DNA of 32,000 nt, from assembly GCA_025340205.1 (NCBI GenBank), contig CP006868.1, positions 180,001 through 212,000 on the forward strand. The letters run 5' to 3'. Of this stretch, positions 9,333 through 16,710 are shown in pieces. Position 1 is the stretch's first letter, and each line of letters begins with the position of its first letter. The stretch comes from Ignicoccus pacificus DSM 13166 (lineage in GTDB: Archaea > Thermoproteota > Thermoprotei_A > Sulfolobales > Ignicoccaceae). A program made the position numbers and the translations under genes. Under the pieces are notes generated by a model, which was not told the DNA's origin, searched no databases, and saw nothing but the letters and a program-made list of their open reading frames with translations.

Positions 9333-9581
9333 ATGGTGAAGTGGAGGATTGAGATAATAGAGGACTTCTGTAAGGGATGTGAGATCTGTGTCAACATATG
9401 TCCGATAACCAACCTCTACAAAGTAGGGAAGGTGGACAAGCCTGTCTTGAGGATGAGCGAGAGGTTCGGCTACCAGGGGTATCCCTTAGTGGAGGTCGTG
9501 GATCCGACCAAGTGTACTGGCTGTCACCTCTGCGATCACGCTTGTCCAGACTTGGCGATCCACGTCATAAAGGAGGAGTGA
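9333..9581 (+). CDS. 2-oxoacid:ferredoxin oxidoreductase, delta subunit (2x[4Fe-4S] ferredoxin-like)
   Basis: Two CxxCxxCxxxCP motifs, 'CKGCEICVNICP' and 'CTGCHLCDHACP'. 82 aa. It starts 1 nt after the gamma stop. Confidence 0.85.
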   Translation: MVKWRIEIIEDFCKGCEICVNICPITNLYKVGKVDKPVLRMSERFGYQGYPLVEVVDPTKCTGCHLCDHACPDLAIHVIKEE

Positions 9582-9586
9582 TTTTT
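9582..9586 (+). terminator. oligo-T tract after the oxidoreductase operon
   Basis: 'tgaTTTTTagg' lies immediately after the delta stop. Archaeal termination commonly uses oligo-T. Confidence 0.3.
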
Positions 9587-9752
9587 AGGCCAGCAAAGAG
9601 GCCATTGGATTTATTGCCTTTAGAAAAACCCTTCCATCCTTTAGCTCTACCTCGCCTATCACCTCTCCTTCCTTAGTCACGGCTAAAGTCTTCCTTCCGA
9701 GCTTCACGACCTCTATCTCCATCTCGTTGCCTCCTACCTTCAGCAGAGCCAT
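9585..9752 (-). CDS. possible small protein (55 aa)
   Basis: Hand-translated: 'MALLKVGGNEMEIEVVKLGRKTLAVTKEGEVIGEVELKDGRVFLKAINPMASLLA'. ATG start preceded by 'GGTGA' about 8 nt upstream and by 'tattttta' about 40 nt upstream on the minus strand. Below the ORF-track cutoff. Confidence 0.4.
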   Translation of the reverse strand: MALLKVGGNEMEIEVVKLGRKTLAVTKEGEVIGEVELKDGRVFLKAINPMASLLA

Positions 9753-9814
9753 ATTACGTTCACCCTATAGAGTAGGGTAGGGAGAAATGGTTAAAAATAG
9801 GGGAGGTGGGAGAC

Positions 9815-10702
9815 TTAACCTATTTTCGGGAGCTTCGCCTCTTCCCTCACCTTGAACGCGGTAACGGTCCCATCCCTAGAACCTACTATTAGCAAGCCCC
9901 TCTCCCAGTTCAATGCTGTAGGTCTGGTTACAGTCACGTTGAGCGTTACTCTCTTTCCTTCGAAGACAAGGACCTTACCGGAGGTGACGGCTACAGCTAA
10001 TCTTTCGCACCCATCCTCAAAGGAGACGAGCGCTATGCCGCTGATGTTTCTATTCAGTAGGAGTTGAGGTTTCTTCAGCTCTATCACCTTGACAAAGCCA
10101 TCTCCTCCAACGGCTAGCTTACCACCGCAGTAATCGATGGAGTAAACGGGTCCTTTAAAGTCCACTTTACCCAAGACCTCACCGTCAGCTCTAAGCAAGT
10201 AGACCCTTCCGGGAGCGTCAGCGACCAAAACCTTGCCTCCATCATCCTCGAAGTATATCAAAGAATTAGGAAGCACTTGAGTAAGGCCTCTTAGGCCCCA
10301 GACGAGCCTTAGTTCACCGTTGAGGACGTCCAGATAGAACAGTCCGATGTACTTGTCAGCTGCTATCAAGTAGGGAAGCACCAGCTTCAAGGATCCGGCG
10401 AAGTTTGAATTAATTGGAAAGTCCATTACCTTCTTCCCAGAGAGGGTAAGGAAGACTACCTTATCCTGAGTCAAGAGGGCAAAGGTCTTTCCATAAATGT
10501 CAGCATCTCTGACTTCTTCCTTTAAGAATGTCTTATAGAGGACGTTTCCTTTATAGTCAAGTACAACTATAGAACCCTTAAGACCCACCACCAATATCTT
10601 GTCCTTCGTGAAGAGGATATCAAGGGGAACGTCGTTCATTTGGACGTGCCAGCTTGCGGCAAAGGCAATAGGAATCAAGAGCAGTATCAGAGAGTTCCTC
10701 AA
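9815..10702 (-). CDS. secreted beta-propeller-like repeat protein (stand-alone member of the propeller family expanded in the downstream island)
   Basis: Signal peptide 'MRNSLILLLIPIAFAAS'. Repeated short beta-strand/turn units. It shares 'YCGGKLAVGGDG', 'SFEDGCERLAVAV' and 'LNWERGLLIVGSRDGTVTAFKV' with the matching motifs of the 721-, 572- and 1395-aa proteins. Confidence 0.7.
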   Translation of the reverse strand: MRNSLILLLIPIAFAASWHVQMNDVPLDILFTKDKILVVGLKGSIVVLDYKGNVLYKTFLKEEVRDADIYGKTFALLTQDKVVFLTLSGKKVMDFPINSNFAGSLKLVLPYLIAADKYIGLFYLDVLNGELRLVWGLRGLTQVLPNSLIYFEDDGGKVLVADAPGRVYLLRADGEVLGKVDFKGPVYSIDYCGGKLAVGGDGFVKVIELKKPQLLLNRNISGIALVSFEDGCERLAVAVTSGKVLVFEGKRVTLNVTVTRPTALNWERGLLIVGSRDGTVTAFKVREEAKLPKIG

Positions 10703-10808
10703 AGGTCACACGCTCGAATGTGGATCAACGAAGTCGCGGATTAAATGTAGGAGTGCCCTTCGGGAGACCTTTTTTGCCCCCGCGCGAAGGGCGAAGGGGT
10801 TCCGGATA

Positions 10809-11363
10809 ATGGACGTGTGGAGCGCTTTCGAGATGGCGGCTAGCTCGCTAGACGCCAAGCTCGCCAGGATAGACAGGGCTAGGGATGGAATACCCTTCGA
10901 GGGAACTAAGGCGATAAACGTAGCTAACATCCTAACCCATTTCGAGAGCGTGTTGGAAGAGATAAGGTCTTCTCTTGACTGTTTGAAGGAGCTAAAGGAG
11001 AGCTCTATCGCTAAGGGTAAGAATGTGGTAAGGATAGAGGGAACCCACTGGGCGATGACCACCGAGGACAACGCCTTGGTACTCATGAGGACCAACCCCT
11101 CCTTAGTGATAAAGATATCCCCTGAGGAGGTATACATAAGCTCAAAGCACAAGGACTCGAGCGGTTACGAGGCCAAGTTTACCAATACTGACTTCACGGT
11201 CAGAAAGGATAAGGTAGTGGTGAACGCTAGGTACGCCGACTACGACACTCTGAACAAGAAGAGCTACTACATAAGGTACGCCTTCAGAGAGCTCGGAAGG
11301 ATGGTAACCAAGAGAATACCCAGACTAGTTCAAGACCTCAAGATAAGGGGAGTTCACTGCTGA
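10809..11363 (+). CDS. hypothetical protein (184 aa from the ATG at 10809)
   Basis: The ORF track opens at 10599, but that extension overlaps the opposite-strand propeller gene. The first ATG outside the overlap is 10809 ('MDVWSAFEMAASS...'). No motif recognised. Confidence 0.5.
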   Translation: MDVWSAFEMAASSLDAKLARIDRARDGIPFEGTKAINVANILTHFESVLEEIRSSLDCLKELKESSIAKGKNVVRIEGTHWAMTTEDNALVLMRTNPSLVIKISPEEVYISSKHKDSSGYEAKFTNTDFTVRKDKVVVNARYADYDTLNKKSYYIRYAFRELGRMVTKRIPRLVQDLKIRGVHC

Positions 11364-11941
11364 AGCTTTACCACTTCAAATTCATAGAACAGTTGATCCA
11401 AGTGCTCCGTCAAGTCTTTTAAGTACCTTATTGGTACTACTATTGAATCCAAGAACATGGGTTTTCCCCTCAAGGTTATAACTAAGGGAAGCGCTACCTT
11501 ACCATATTTTGAGAGATGCTCGGATGCCTTGAACACCTTCGCCCTATGCTCCTCCGCTATCCTCCTCAAGGCGCTGGGAGAGCTCCTCTGCCACCTTTTG
11601 CATTCTACCACGATAACCTTCTTGCCGTCATACGCCACCACGTCAAACTCCATCATCCTTCCCGGTATCCTCACCCTGAGTGAGTGGATAGTTTCAAAAC
11701 CTAGGGAATCGAAGACTTTCATCACGTAGCTTTCGAAAGCCCTCCAGCTGAGGTAAGGAGCAGCCTCGCTCTCTCTGAGTACGTTGTTGAGCACTGCCCA
11801 AAGGGCCAAGTCTTCCTTAGCGTCCACGCATATCTTGCCTTCACTCTCATAGATGAAGTCAAAGGCGCTTAGCCACCTAAATGGACCGGGATCGGCACAG
11901 CCCTCCTTAAGAAGGAGGAGAACCTTGTCCTTTAGGTTCAT
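11354..11941 (-). CDS. PD-(D/E)xK nuclease, Mrr-like restriction endonuclease domain protein
   Basis: 'FESYVMKVFDSLGFETI...MEFDVVAYDGKKVIVVECKRWQ' fits the Mrr-cat pattern (E...G(F/Y)...D(I/V)...(Q/E)CKR(Y/W)). I prefer the ATG at 11941 ('MNLKDKV...') over the longer track ORF, which runs into the PIN remnant. Confidence 0.6.
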   Translation of the reverse strand: MNLKDKVLLLLKEGCADPGPFRWLSAFDFIYESEGKICVDAKEDLALWAVLNNVLRESEAAPYLSWRAFESYVMKVFDSLGFETIHSLRVRIPGRMMEFDVVAYDGKKVIVVECKRWQRSSPSALRRIAEEHRAKVFKASEHLSKYGKVALPLVITLRGKPMFLDSIVVPIRYLKDLTEHLDQLFYEFEVVKLQQ

Positions 11942-12002
11942 TGAGACACCAGAGGAAGTTGGTGGTTTGACCGGGATTTGAGCGATAAGGGTCCTATGAG
12001 AG

Positions 12003-12437
12003 TCAAACGACTTTGAGCCAAGGTACCCTCTCGAAATCCTTGTCAAGAGTTGCAGTACTCTCTATGCCATACTTCTTGCAAGTGAGAGCTATTAACGCGT
12101 CAGAAGGCATCAATCCGTAATCCGACATAATTTGGATAACTTCATCAGGTTGAGCATCTAACGACAGCGTCATGAAGATGACTAAAAGCGGATTTACATC
12201 ACTGGTAATCAGATCGAGCACTCTCTCTTCTCCTTCCTCGCTGACAACTGCCTTATGCACTTCGAGCTGAGACCCGTAGCAAGTCTTAGATAGCCGTATA
12301 TGACTTCGCTTATGACGATTCCGTTAATGTAGCCTTCATAAGTTCCCTTTGTTATGCTCTTTATTATAGTATAAGCCTTCTCATCTTGAGCAGCTAAGTA
12401 AGGCCAGTATAACGCTAGAGTCAAGGAACATCTTCAT
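12003..12437 (-). pseudogene. vapC: PIN-domain toxin (VapC-like) disrupted by two frameshifts
   Basis: Hand translation from the ATG at 12437 gives a canonical PIN N-terminus 'MKMFLDSSVILALL' and then a stop. The reading continues in a second frame ('YLAAQDEKAYTIIKSI...GIVISEVIYGYL') and returns to the first frame ('...LMPSDALIALTCKKYGIESTATLDKDFERV'). All four expected acidic positions (D6, E in SEV, D in SDA, D in DKD) are present but spread over three frame segments. The start overlaps the antitoxin stop, as in intact vapBC pairs. Confidence 0.6.
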
Positions 12438-12636
12438 TTTCTATTTCCTCAATTACTTCATAGAACTCTTTATCGCTTAGTTCGGGTCTCCTTCTCTTTG
12501 CGATGCCGAATAGTTTTAATACGTCGTTCCTCTTATTTATTGTTATAAGCACTTCTTCGCCCTCTTTTAGATCCAATGGTTGTAAAGGCTTTAGTACGCC
12601 CTTCTCAAATATCGCCTTTATCTCCTTACTTCCCAT
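12421..12636 (-). CDS. DUF104/AF2212-type antitoxin (VapB-like)
   Basis: 'IKAIFEKGVLKPLQPLDLKEGEEVLITI' is the hallmark N-terminal pattern of DUF104 antitoxins paired with PIN toxins. I prefer the ATG at 12636 ('MGSKEIK'), which gives 71 aa. Confidence 0.7.
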   Translation of the reverse strand: MGSKEIKAIFEKGVLKPLQPLDLKEGEEVLITINKRNDVLKLFGIAKRRRPELSDKEFYEVIEEIENEDVP

Positions 12637-12768
12637 CAGTATGTCCCTATGATCCCATTTTAGGGAAACACAATAAGTATGCGTAATTTCCCTCTTATTC
12701 AAGTTAGCGGGCCCGGTAGGGTGCATAGAAGCGAGGAAAGGGTTGGGGATGAAGACACCAGGGAAGGT

Positions 12769-12845
<77 letters not shown>

Positions 12846-12865
12846 GTTCGGAGGCTCTCTCAAAA

Positions 12866-12877
12866 AGTTTATAAACT
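12866..12877 (-). promoter_or_regulatory. TATA box of the tRNA-Ala gene
   Basis: 'tttataaa' at 12868-12875 lies 23-30 nt upstream of the tRNA 5' end at 12845, the canonical archaeal TATA position. Confidence 0.6.
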
Positions 12878-13097
12878 TAATCCGACATTCCCCGTACTAA
12901 GGAGAAAAATACTCGCTTGGACTGAGTAAATTATGTTACTTTTCAAAGGCTTTCAGCATTATACTAATAAAACTTCTCAAAGATCCCTTGGAGCGCTGAT
13001 GAGGACAGCGGGCTACGCTGATGGATGAGGAAGCGACTTCGGGGCCCGAGGCCCAAGATAAAAGGATGTCCATGTAGGGCTCACGGGATAGCGAGCC

Positions 13098-14477
13098 TTG
13101 GAGAAGGATCACATGGACTACGCCGTTGAACTAGATATAGCAATAAAGCCCACGACCCCTGTTCCCATGATAGGCCAAGAGTACGGTTATTACGTAGGAG
13201 CGGGAAATCCGCTGTTCTCCGTAGGAGGAGGAGTCCTCAGGGAGGCCCTAGGAACTATACTGAAGAGGTACCATGCTCTGAGGGGCTACAAGCTCGTGGA
13301 GACCCCTATCTTGGCTAGGACCACCTTGTACGAGCTGACGGGTCACTTGAGTTTCTATAAGGAGAACATGTTCCTCTTGGACATCGAAGGAGACGAATAT
13401 GCCATAAAGCCGATGAACTGTCCCTTCCACGTTCTGATATTCATGAATACATTGCAGAAGTATCAAGGAAGGGTTCCGTTACCTTTCAAGATGTTCGAGC
13501 TAGGGAAGGTTCATAGGTATGAGATAGCGGGAGCGCTGAGAGGGCTGCTAAGGGTAAGGGCCTTCACCCAAGATGACGCACACATATTTGCAAGGGAGCA
13601 AGACGTACTCCCATCCATCCTCGAGATATTTGACATGATGAAAGATGTTTATGAAAAGGTCTTCCACATACCAGTTCACGGAGGAAGCGTCAAGCTGAGG
13701 CTAAGCCTTTCCGATAAGAGCAAAATAGGCACCGAGTTCATGGGAGAACCAGAAGCCTGGGAGTTCGCAGAGGAGAAGCTCTTCAAGGCCGGCGAGGAGA
13801 TAAAGAGGAAGTACGGAATAGAGTTCTTTGCCGAGGAAGGGGAAGCGGCCTTCTACGGTCCCAAGCTGGACGTGGTGGTCTACCTAGGGGAGGAGCAGAA
13901 GGAGTGGCAGATAGGCACCGTCCAGTTCGACTTCAACTTACCTAAGAGGTTCAAGCTAGTTGAAATGTTGAAGGAGACCCATGGAATAGACTCCCTCTAC
14001 ATGATCCACAGGGCTCTGCTGGGAAGCGTTGAGAGGTTCCTAGGAATATACTTGGAGATGTTTAAGGGTAGGTTACCCTTCACTTTGGCACCTCTGCAAG
14101 CGATGGTCGTCGGAATAAAGACTGGAGACGAGGAAACGGACAAGAAAATAGAGCAAATGGTCAGCGAGGTTAACGAGACTCTGTGGAAGAACGAGATAAG
14201 GACTACTCCGTACTTTACCACCAAGACTAGGTTGAACAAGGACGTTAGGAAGATAGAGAGCACCGTAAAGCCTCCGCTTATGATATACATAGGAAAGAAG
14301 GAGGTAGAGAGTGACAAGGTGTTCGCGAGGCCTTGGGACTTCAGCGCTAAGAGGAGGAAGGGAATTAGTGTAAATCCCAGCGAGGTAATGAGCATAGTTG
14401 AGGACATGGAGAAGGACGTAGTAGAATTGATAGGAAGAAGCGTCAGGATACCGGTGGACCTAGGTTACCTTGCTTAA
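13098..14477 (+). CDS. thrS: threonyl-tRNA synthetase, catalytic form lacking the N-terminal editing domain (ThrRS-cat)
   Basis: Class II motifs are present: 'AIKPMNCPFH', 'HRYEIAGALRGLLRVRAFTQDDAHIF' and 'HRALLGSVERFLG'. The Cys and two His positions correspond to the ThrRS zinc ligands. A C-terminal anticodon-binding-like region follows. At about 455 aa it is too short to contain an editing domain. Start is the TTG at 13098 or the ATG at 13113. Confidence 0.88.
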   Translation: MEKDHMDYAVELDIAIKPTTPVPMIGQEYGYYVGAGNPLFSVGGGVLREALGTILKRYHALRGYKLVETPILARTTLYELTGHLSFYKENMFLLDIEGDEYAIKPMNCPFHVLIFMNTLQKYQGRVPLPFKMFELGKVHRYEIAGALRGLLRVRAFTQDDAHIFAREQDVLPSILEIFDMMKDVYEKVFHIPVHGGSVKLRLSLSDKSKIGTEFMGEPEAWEFAEEKLFKAGEEIKRKYGIEFFAEEGEAAFYGPKLDVVVYLGEEQKEWQIGTVQFDFNLPKRFKLVEMLKETHGIDSLYMIHRALLGSVERFLGIYLEMFKGRLPFTLAPLQAMVVGIKTGDEETDKKIEQMVSEVNETLWKNEIRTTPYFTTKTRLNKDVRKIESTVKPPLMIYIGKKEVESDKVFARPWDFSAKRRKGISVNPSEVMSIVEDMEKDVVELIGRSVRIPVDLGYLA

Positions 14478-14510
14478 AAATTATCAAAATGGCTTTTCGC
14501 GAGACGTGAG

Positions 14511-16676
14511 CTACTTACTCCTTCTTCTAGCCCCAAGCAGCATTGCCGATAATAGAGCCAAGAGCGCCGGTATGGGTATCTTGGAGCTGCTGCTGAGAAG
14601 GGTACTGCTGTTCAGCGGGGCGGCTAAGGTGTACGTGGCTTTCATCGCCCCAAAGGCGTCTCCCAAAACGATAGTCCCTCCAAAGCTAATGGGCACGTTA
14701 AACGAGGTGACTGGTAACAGTATTAACGATTGTGTGAAGGTTGAGATCAGACTAGTTAGAGTACTCGATAAGGTCGTTATACCTTCATAGAGAGTTACTA
14801 TATAGCTAGTAACTGCCGACACGTAAGTGCTGCTCGAGTACGTGGTGGTGAACACAGTAACTCCACCGGCCCCGGTGGTAGTAGTGCCTATTGGTTCGAT
14901 TATCGTCTGTGTGGTGAAGGATAGGGTCGGTATAGTTATCGTTCCGTTAATGCTAGTGGTAAACACGGTCGGTGAAAGAAGTACTGCCTTGCCGATCACA
15001 TTAGTGCAGTATATCTTGGGTGCTACATTTAGCATACTTGTAGGCGTTATCGAAACTATAGCAACCGTCTGTGGGTAAACGTTGAGCATGTCTATGTAGC
15101 CGAGATCGATGTGCTGGTTACCGTCAATTCCAGTTAGCGTGCCCTCTATTCCGTACGGCACACATGTAGCGGTGTAGTACAGCGCCGTGGTGCTACCTCC
15201 TTGTAGCTTGTACAAGGTCCACGAGGCGATGCTGGAGGAGGGGGCGAAGTACAGTATTGGGGTCGAAGCGCTGTATACCGTAGGATAGAGTGTGATTGTG
15301 GTTCTATCAGTTACAGTAGTCGTAACCGTTTTTGTCAAGTATATGGTCTTTGTAGCCCATGAAGTAACAACTACCGTTTTGGTGACCGTTACGGTTTCTG
15401 GGGGAGGTGGAATGTACGTTATCCCTATATCCGTGGTTGGTACATATACTGTCGAGTTTACATACACTGTAGTCGGTGAGGGTACGTAAACGGTCGTTGG
15501 CACATACACGGTTCTATTTATGTATACTGTGGTCGGTGAAGGCACGTAAACCGTTACCGGAGGAAGCGTTACGTATACCGTAGTAGTTACAGTCTTGTAG
15601 ATCGTAGTCGGTATGTATTTGTACACGGTCACATAGACAGTGGTAGTAACGGTCGTCGTGATGTATCTATATAATATGCTGGTCAAGGTGGTAGTAGTGG
15701 TCACAACGGGTATCTGAGGCGTGTAGTAGTCAACCCTGTAGATGTAGACGTTGCCATCTTGATTCGCTACTGCTATCAAATCATACCACCAAGCGACGCT
15801 GGAGGAGCTATCTGAACCCACGGAAGTGTAAGCCTCTAGATTACCGTTTACACTATCTCTAATTTTAAGGATAGTGGAACTGAGTCCTTCGAGTATTGCT
15901 ACATATTGGCAATCCGGACTGAAGGCGATGTCAGTTACTCCAAATTCACTTTGGTACCAAATTAACCTAGGCTGCGTAGGGTCTGAGAGACTATACATGT
16001 ATAGGGTATTGTCGGTAGCTACGGCCAAGTAACCTCCGCAAGCGGCTACTATGTTGGGATTGTTTACCGAGATTGAGCCAAGTTGGATTCCGCTATATCC
16101 ATCAATTATATTAACTCTATCGTTGTCATAATCAGCAACGTAGACATATAGATCCGAACCGCTGTGGTATACTGCTACGCCGTGAGGAGGGACCTCTTGC
16201 GAAACCGACCAGCCATACTGAGTATAGATATCCACCCCTCTGATGCCAGCTCCGCCGCTGAGTAAGACCGTATCGTCATCTAGCATAAGGGCATCCCACC
16301 ATCCGGTGTACCCAGTAACGCTGGAAGCTGTGAATGAACTTACCAAGTAACCGTCGGTGTTGAAAATGTAGACAGAACCATCCCAAGTCACGAATGCGAA
16401 GTAACCGTAACCAAAGCTCCCACCCATTATCATTCCCGACACATATGCTGAGTTGATCTGCGAGAACGACTGATCGTAGAAGTAGACGTTGTAATCTCCC
16501 CCTACTGCTAGTATACCATTATATGAGAACGCAGCGCTCTGAGGAGTGAAGGGTACGCTTATGGATCTGACGTACGATAAGCTTATAGCGTTAGCCAACA
16601 CAGTGACTGCTAAGAGAAACAGCGTATATCGCAAGCGCCTCCCCGTTTCCCCCACCGAATATTTGCTTCTCGCCAA
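14511..16676 (-). CDS. secreted surface protein: propeller module, T/V/Y-rich beta region, two-Cys domain, Thr-rich stalk, IPIP-TM-RRRSK C-terminal anchor
   Basis: N-terminal hydrophobic signal ('YTLFLLAVTVLANA'). Propeller motifs 'AACGGYLAVATDN', 'AFSPDCQYVAIL' and 'VAWWYDLIAVANQDGNVYIYRV'. Two-Cys domain 'TATCVPYG...LNVAPKIYCTNV'. The C-terminus is 'KIPIPALLALLSAMLLGARRRSK'. It lies 34 nt downstream of the archaeosortase-like gene on the same strand. The exact start (TTG at 16676 or internal) is uncertain. Confidence 0.8.
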   Translation of the reverse strand: MARSKYSVGETGRRLRYTLFLLAVTVLANAISLSYVRSISVPFTPQSAAFSYNGILAVGGDYNVYFYDQSFSQINSAYVSGMIMGGSFGYGYFAFVTWDGSVYIFNTDGYLVSSFTASSVTGYTGWWDALMLDDDTVLLSGGAGIRGVDIYTQYGWSVSQEVPPHGVAVYHSGSDLYVYVADYDNDRVNIIDGYSGIQLGSISVNNPNIVAACGGYLAVATDNTLYMYSLSDPTQPRLIWYQSEFGVTDIAFSPDCQYVAILEGLSSTILKIRDSVNGNLEAYTSVGSDSSSSVAWWYDLIAVANQDGNVYIYRVDYYTPQIPVVTTTTTLTSILYRYITTTVTTTVYVTVYKYIPTTIYKTVTTTVYVTLPPVTVYVPSPTTVYINRTVYVPTTVYVPSPTTVYVNSTVYVPTTDIGITYIPPPPETVTVTKTVVVTSWATKTIYLTKTVTTTVTDRTTITLYPTVYSASTPILYFAPSSSIASWTLYKLQGGSTTALYYTATCVPYGIEGTLTGIDGNQHIDLGYIDMLNVYPQTVAIVSITPTSMLNVAPKIYCTNVIGKAVLLSPTVFTTSINGTITIPTLSFTTQTIIEPIGTTTTGAGGVTVFTTTYSSSTYVSAVTSYIVTLYEGITTLSSTLTSLISTFTQSLILLPVTSFNVPISFGGTIVLGDAFGAMKATYTLAAPLNSSTLLSSSSKIPIPALLALLSAMLLGARRRSK
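15433..15551 (-). repeat. imperfect about 60-nt tandem duplication inside the CDS, encoding 2x 'VYVPSPTTVY(I/V)N(R/S)TVYVPTT'
   Basis: Two adjacent units (15433-15491 and 15492-15551) are alignable by eye and encode a 20-aa unit twice. They sit within a longer T/V/Y low-complexity segment. Confidence 0.7.
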
Positions 16677-16710
16677 GGAAAATAAGTCTCTATGAGAGTA
16701 AGAAAGATCT

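Noticed and set aside
10599-10808. N-terminal extension of the track ORF 10599..11363.
   Set aside because: The extension overlaps the 5' end of the well-supported opposite-strand propeller gene and reads as low-quality sequence. The ATG at 10809 lies just outside the overlap.
10706-11152. Long antisense or shadow ORFs in the track: 320..586, 465..764, 1404..1795, 2991..3191, 4328..4549, 4951..5148, 5631..5813, 6058..6249, 6608..6913, 7029..7560, 8021..8516, 8839..9291, 9398..9676, 9852..10067, 10706..11152, 11457..11729, 13248..13466, 13997..14407, 14470..15489, 17477..17683, 17977..18216, 18785..19063, 20381..20611, 21201..21786, 23301..23555, 23923..24219, 24420..24656, 25334..25525, 25763..26080, 26378..26698, 27326..27676, 28198..28489, 31413..31715.
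   Set aside because: Each lies inside or opposite a longer ORF with recognisable motifs or coherent signal/TM architecture. Their translations are low-complexity mirrors (Ser/Leu-rich or Val/Thr-rich) typical of antisense frames.
11942-12046. N-terminal extension of the Mrr-like ORF (track 11354..12046), and likewise 12637..12726 for the antitoxin ORF.
   Set aside because: The extensions run into the neighbouring PIN remnant or the intergenic region. In-frame ATGs at 11941 and 12636 give proteins starting at family-typical positions.
12996-13045. C/D-box sRNA-like string upstream of thrS: 'cTGATGA' (12997-13002), 'CTGA' (13018-13021), 'GATGA' (13024-13028), followed by a GGGCC-cga-GGCCC hairpin.
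   Set aside because: The C to D' spacing is 15 nt rather than about 12 nt. No terminal D box (CUGA) follows the second guide position, and there is no terminal stem. It is more likely chance or part of the thrS 5' region.
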